A stretch of 64,000 nucleotides of DNA from Candidatus Latescibacterota bacterium (GTDB lineage: Bacteria > Latescibacterota > UBA2968 > UBA8231): assembly GCA_965223905.1 (NCBI GenBank), contig CBDCXV010000010.1:1792001-1856000 (forward strand), read 5' to 3'. Position numbers and translations under genes: made by a program. A model generated the notes under the pieces. That model saw nothing but the letters and a program-made list of their open reading frames with translations. It was not told the DNA's origin and ran no database searches. Below, in pieces: positions 60,149 to 64,000 of this stretch; the first letter of the stretch is position 1, and each line of letters begins with the position of its first letter.

Positions 60149-60178
60149 CCTGTCTGCGTGCGTTCACGCACAGGCAGG
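60149..60178. repeat. 30-bp palindromic mini-insertion (same family, opposite orientation)
   Basis: Reverse complement CCTGCCTGTGCGTGAACGCACGCAGACAGG; removal restores FKGF-R-AVDVWF. Confidence 0.8.
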
Positions 60179-60346
60179 CGAAATCCCTTGAATTTGAACA
60201 GCTTCGAGACGAACTTCATAGCGGTCATAGGTCGCTTTCCCTTCCCTTTCTTGGGGAGTGCTTAGTGGGGATACACCAAGCATAGGGAACGACCTATGGC
60301 CTTGTCATGTACTCAGGTTTCGGCGTTGAAAAACCCGGATAGACCC

Positions 60347-61213
60347 ATGAAACAGATGCGCACCTTGTTGGCCACTGCTTTGGTCAGTAGGCTTTTTCCA
60401 GGTGTGATAGAGGCGCGGGCGGAAATAACGGTGGAACTGCCCGGGGAGGCCACCATGGAGTTCGTGTGGATCGAGCCGGGTACCTTCCTCATGGGTTCCC
60501 CTCTCGAGGCTCCCGAATACCGGTATGCATCGGAACGACCGCAGCACCAGGTGGCGATCACCCGGGGGTTCTATCTGGGCAAGTACGAGATCACCCAGGA
60601 GCAGTGGAAGGCGGTCATGGGTCGCAATCCCAGCTACCGCCCGGGCCCCAATCGGCCGGTCGAGCTGATTACCTGGGAGTCGGTGCAGACCTTCGTCCAT
60701 CGGCTCAACCAGGCTGCGGGCCATTCGCTCTATCGGTTGCCTGCGGAGGCGGAATGGGAGTACGCGGCGCGGGCGGCGACGACGACCCGGTGGTCCTTTG
60801 GCGACGACGAGAGCTTGCTGGGAGACTATGCCTGGTACCTGAGCAACAACGACCCCGAGGGACCCAAGGAGGTGGGCCTCAAGCAGCCCAATCCCTGGGG
60901 TTTGTACGACATGCACGGCAATGTGTGGGAGTGGGTGCAGGACTGGCACGGGGAGTACACCCACGCCAGCCAGGTAGATCCTGCAGGTCCGGTCTCGGGC
61001 ACCCACCGCATCGTCCGCGGCGGTATTTTCAATGGCCACGGCCGGCACGTGCGCTCCGCCTTCCGCGGTTTGTTAGAGCCTCCTGAGGGCCGCACCGGTA
61101 TCGGCGCGCGGCTGCTGCTGGAAGCGCAGGAAACGCACTCCCTGCGGACAGGATCAGAAGCGACTCCTGTATCTCCTGAAAGCTGGGGACGGGTCAAAGC
61201 TGGCAAGCGCTGA
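60347..61213 (+). CDS. Formylglycine-generating enzyme (SUMF1/FGE-sulfatase) family protein with TPVSPESWGRVK tail
   Basis: MEFVWIEPGTFLMGS, ERPQHQV, GKYEITQEQW, RLPAEAEWEYAARA, PNPWGLYDMHGNVWEWV, RGG. Confidence 0.92.
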   Translation: MKQMRTLLATALVSRLFPGVIEARAEITVELPGEATMEFVWIEPGTFLMGSPLEAPEYRYASERPQHQVAITRGFYLGKYEITQEQWKAVMGRNPSYRPGPNRPVELITWESVQTFVHRLNQAAGHSLYRLPAEAEWEYAARAATTTRWSFGDDESLLGDYAWYLSNNDPEGPKEVGLKQPNPWGLYDMHGNVWEWVQDWHGEYTHASQVDPAGPVSGTHRIVRGGIFNGHGRHVRSAFRGLLEPPEGRTGIGARLLLEAQETHSLRTGSEATPVSPESWGRVKAGKR

Positions 61214-61499
61214 GCTATCGCCCCGGCGCCGCACTATGCGTCGAGCTGCGGGCCGCTCATTGAGTGGATACATGCTGGAGAGATTCCCTCCCATGAATCA
61301 ATGCGCGCTGGTCACCGGTCAGGAAACCGCACCGGGTCTGGAGCAGGATCGTGGACTGCTTGTAGGTGACGGTCCTCTCACAGGCCGGCATATCCGAGCC
61401 CCATACCAGACTCTCCGCGCCGACCTCGTCGACAAGCTCGCGGACGACCTTGGCAAGTCCAGGCTCGATGCAGCATCAGCTCCACGTGCCAGTTCGGCG

Positions 61500-61840
61500 C
61501 CTTGAGCAGCGCTAACAGCTCCTCCGGGACCGAGAACCGGTCCGCCCCTACCCTTGTCGTAGTGGATATTGTTCAGCCCGTGCGTCTTCAGCCGCTCGTC
61601 GCCGGCAAACCGCAGTTCGGCCCGGTCGTCTTCGCCGTCGACGGGGCACCACATTCCAGCGTGAAGCGGGCCGTCTGGCGCGCGGCGACGGCGGCGCGAA
61701 AGTCGAGCAACAGCCAATTCACGGAGTCGTCCGGCCAGCTCGGGGACGCGGAGCGAAACGGGAGTGTCAGCCGCGGACACACCGGGCAAGAGACACCAGG
61801 CCATCAGCGCCAGAAAGACCTGGCATGTGGCATTTGGCAT
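61500..61840 (-). pseudogene. Remnant of an exported PcRGLX/YetA-like protein
   Basis: Signal peptide and VSLRVPELAG in one frame, WPDDSVNWLLLDF..V....F.LE.G in another. Confidence 0.45.
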
Positions 61841-61843
61841 TCG

Positions 61844-62959
61844 TCAGAATGACGCGCCCGCGTTCTCGGCCGCCAGGTCGATTTCGGCGACGAAGATGTC
61901 GGCAGGCCCGGACTTGAAGTGCGACAGCTCGTAGCCGGGCGGGGGCGCTTCTCGCCGGAGAGCACCCCACCGCTCTATGTGGGGAAGGTGCCTCTTCTCT
62001 CCCTCGATCGCGCCGCTCAGATAGGCGTGCTGCGAGTAGTAGCTGATGATCAGCCGGTCGGCCTCTAGCGAGACAAGCCCCGGATAGGCCGCGTCTCCGT
62101 CGCTCGGGAGCGCGAAGACCGGCGTCACGCCCTTCCGATCCAGCAGGAAGATCCCCGTGTTGCCCGCGGGCGAGTGCTGCGGAATCCAGAGCGCGGTCGG
62201 GTCGCGCCGCCCGGCCAAGTACACCCTCCCCTCGCACTCGCACAGCGCCGGACAGTGGATCAGCGTCTCGAGGTCCACGCACGACCACTCCTCGTAGGGG
62301 GGGTTGGAGGTGTAGAGGAGGGAATGCTGGTCGGGCTCCCGCCTCGTCCGGGAGACGCACCACAGCTCCCCGTCGGGTCGGAAGATGACGCCCGCTTCGT
62401 TGAATCGCGGCGTCGTGCGGTGGTCCAGCGCCCGGGCCTCCCGCAGTTCCTGCGGACTTGCGCCCTCGCCATTGGGAATCCTGGAGACGAACGTCCAGGT
62501 GCGGCCGTCCTGGCTGGACAGGAGCTCGCCCCCCTTTTCGGCGCAGTAGAAGACCCCTTCGTGCAACCGCACGCGCCAAAGCCAATAGTTTCGGTCGAAT
62601 ATCTGCATCGGCGCCGACCACCTGTAGCCGTCGTCCGAAACGAAGACGTAGGGGTAGACCACCTGCCGCTTCCGTCCGGCGACCGGTTCATATCTGCTGT
62701 CGGCGCAGAACACGAAGAGCTCATCGTCGGTGGCCGCCAGCTTCGCGTCCCTGGCGTCGTTGGGCGTCCTGAAGACGGCGACCTCGTCCCATCGTCTCAG
62801 GTCCGCCGATCGGAGCAGGACGATGACCCCGTCGGGCGCTACGTGTGCCGAAGTTCGATCGTAGACCAGCCAGAAGGTGTCCCGCCAGAAGCAGAGGTCG
62901 GAACACATGTTGTGCCAGCCGTCACGGACGACGGTGCGGTGAGATAGAACCTTAGCCAT
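61844..62959 (-). CDS. Asp-box (exo-alpha-sialidase-like) beta-propeller protein
   Basis: HNMCSDL, RSADLRRW, DARDAKL, SDDGYRW, WLWRV, SQDGRTW, NEA, PPYEEW, LPSDGDAAYPG, SYYS. Confidence 0.8.
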   Translation of the reverse strand: MAKVLSHRTVVRDGWHNMCSDLCFWRDTFWLVYDRTSAHVAPDGVIVLLRSADLRRWDEVAVFRTPNDARDAKLAATDDELFVFCADSRYEPVAGRKRQVVYPYVFVSDDGYRWSAPMQIFDRNYWLWRVRLHEGVFYCAEKGGELLSSQDGRTWTFVSRIPNGEGASPQELREARALDHRTTPRFNEAGVIFRPDGELWCVSRTRREPDQHSLLYTSNPPYEEWSCVDLETLIHCPALCECEGRVYLAGRRDPTALWIPQHSPAGNTGIFLLDRKGVTPVFALPSDGDAAYPGLVSLEADRLIISYYSQHAYLSGAIEGEKRHLPHIERWGALRREAPPPGYELSHFKSGPADIFVAEIDLAAENAGASF

Positions 62960-63377
62960 GAGAGCAGGCCCTCCTGCGCATATGGGTGAACTCCAACATC
63001 TTGAGGTTCAAGTCGAGTGGTTGGCCTCCACGCCGGGTCGGGACTTTGGGGCCGCTTTCCCGGGGCGTCAGCTGGAGGCGAGATCCCGATAGCGCACCGG
63101 CGAGTGACCGACGGCCAGTTTGAGTACGGGATAGCGCGCAGGCCGGGGCTGCGAGATCGACGGCAGTTGAAGCGATATAAGAACTCTTCCGGAACTGATC
63201 AGGTGAGTCTCGCCGATGGAGCCTTGGGTCCACGGCAGCCAACCCCAACACTTGGCCAGATAACTCGATGGACGGCGAGTAGCAGTTTGTGGGATCGTCG
63301 CCACAGGGGCAGCTGCCTGGCTAGGCCAATCACCGCGGAGAGGGAGGTGGGGTAGTCCGGGTCCTCGTGTGAGCACC

Positions 63378-63413
63378 AAAGAGGGGGGCGAGAATCGGAT
63401 GATCTCGCCCCTC
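63378..63413 (-). terminator. Hairpin downstream of the CBM9-like fragment
   Basis: Minus strand GGGGCGAGA...TCTCGCCCC then CCTCTTT. Confidence 0.6.
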
Positions 63414-63448
63414 AGGTATTTCAGCCGTCTTACGACAGACCTGTCAAC

Positions 63449-63825
63449 TCAGTTGGTGAAGCTCGACTTGATCCGGCCCCAGCTGTCTTCCTCGACGGCC
63501 GTCTCGTCCGTCACCCAGATGCTCGGGTCGAAGCCGAGCAGGGTGTAGTCGACAAAGGCATTTTCCTGCCAGTAGACGTTGACGTCGCCACTGTTGACCC
63601 AATAGCCGCTGTAGGTGGCGCTTGTACCCTCCGGTTCGACCGCGTCGTCATCTGTGACGGAGAAGCCGACGCCGATGATCTCGCCCTCTTCCAGGATGTG
63701 ATGGACCACCTCGGCGGCGTCGGAGCCCGTGGAGTTGGCCGGCAGGTCGTCGAATGGCGTCAACCACATCTCCATGAAGAGCGTGATGGCGCCACCGTCT
63801 GTGTCACCGAGATAGACGGTACGAG
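63449..63825 (-). pseudogene. C-terminal third of a CBM9-like protein (paralog of 45061..45906) with TAVEEDSWGRIKSSFTN tail
   Basis: E.WLTPFDDLP...LEEGEII....V.D.D aligns by eye with ELAITPIESFP...LEEGDVI....V.DID; upstream sequence shows no similarity. Confidence 0.65.
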
Positions 63826-64000
63826 CGTTCGAACGCTCGCGCCAGCTGAAGCGAAAACGAAATTCGAATTGAGATACGTACATTCTGGCCAAGAACCAAA
63901 GGAAAAATCGGCCACCCTCCGGCGCCAAGACCCGGCAGGCGCTGCCTTGGCACACGGCGAGCAGGTGGCTGGTCGGCACCGCGCGCACCTTCTGCCGGCT

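Larger units (their letters stand above)
59004..60228 (-). pseudogene. ISL3-family transposase pseudogene
   Basis: CRCPKC, RRWRD, R..CPTHG..VEEVPWA, VGIDEVSYAKGHKY.T, TNAVAKGLNRII...A.GF; TGA at 60052-60054; deletion/frameshift near 59505 removing the DRFH region. Confidence 0.88.
58942..60346 (-). mobile_element. Decayed ISL3-family insertion sequence, about 1.4 kb
   Basis: 17/19 terminal IRs GGCTATATCCGGGTTTTTC / GGGTCTATCCGGGTTTTTC; no target duplication visible. Confidence 0.8.

Noticed and set aside
60347-61213. FGE-family gene as a diversity-generating retroelement target
   Set aside because: No reverse transcriptase and no template-repeat copy of its 3' region seen in the window
62960-63377. 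Short ORFs or ncRNA in this gap
   Set aside because: No recognisable motif, RBS or structure

Overview
High-GC bacterial chromosome segment; gene content (many FG-GAP/CRTAC1 and TPR proteins, PorV-like barrel, FlgD/PNPFTPNGDG-tailed secreted proteins, DUF6785-type membrane protein) suggests an FCB-group organism such as Latescibacterota or a relative (inference). The left half (1-31.7 kb) is largely core genome: six tRNA loci (one partial), RNase P RNA, split transketolase, pyrF, rfaE2, cpoB-like, bamD, nadD, thrC. It also holds a decaying patch at 2.7-6.1 kb and a coupled surface-protein operon (2110-aa FG-GAP/FN3/Ig protein, FG-GAP protein, PorV-transglutaminase-TPR fusion). Right of tRNA-Arg(ACG) the window is accessory: CRTAC1/TPR genes of lower GC, pseudogenes, an intact IS256-family element and a decayed ISL3-family element. 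The best candidates for an undescribed system are (1) a six-gene convergent cluster at 45-58.7 kb (CBM9-like protein, three paralogous large secreted proteins with WSxWS and a T9SS-like tail, a predicted novel outer-membrane barrel, and a GT-C+TPR glycosyltransferase), (2) a shared short C-terminal tail T-[AP]-V-x-x-[DE]-[ST]-W-[GA]-R-[IV]-K on three exported proteins, and (3) two 24-30 bp TSD-less palindromic insertions in frame in the ISL3 transposase. All family calls are by motif recognition; no searches were run.
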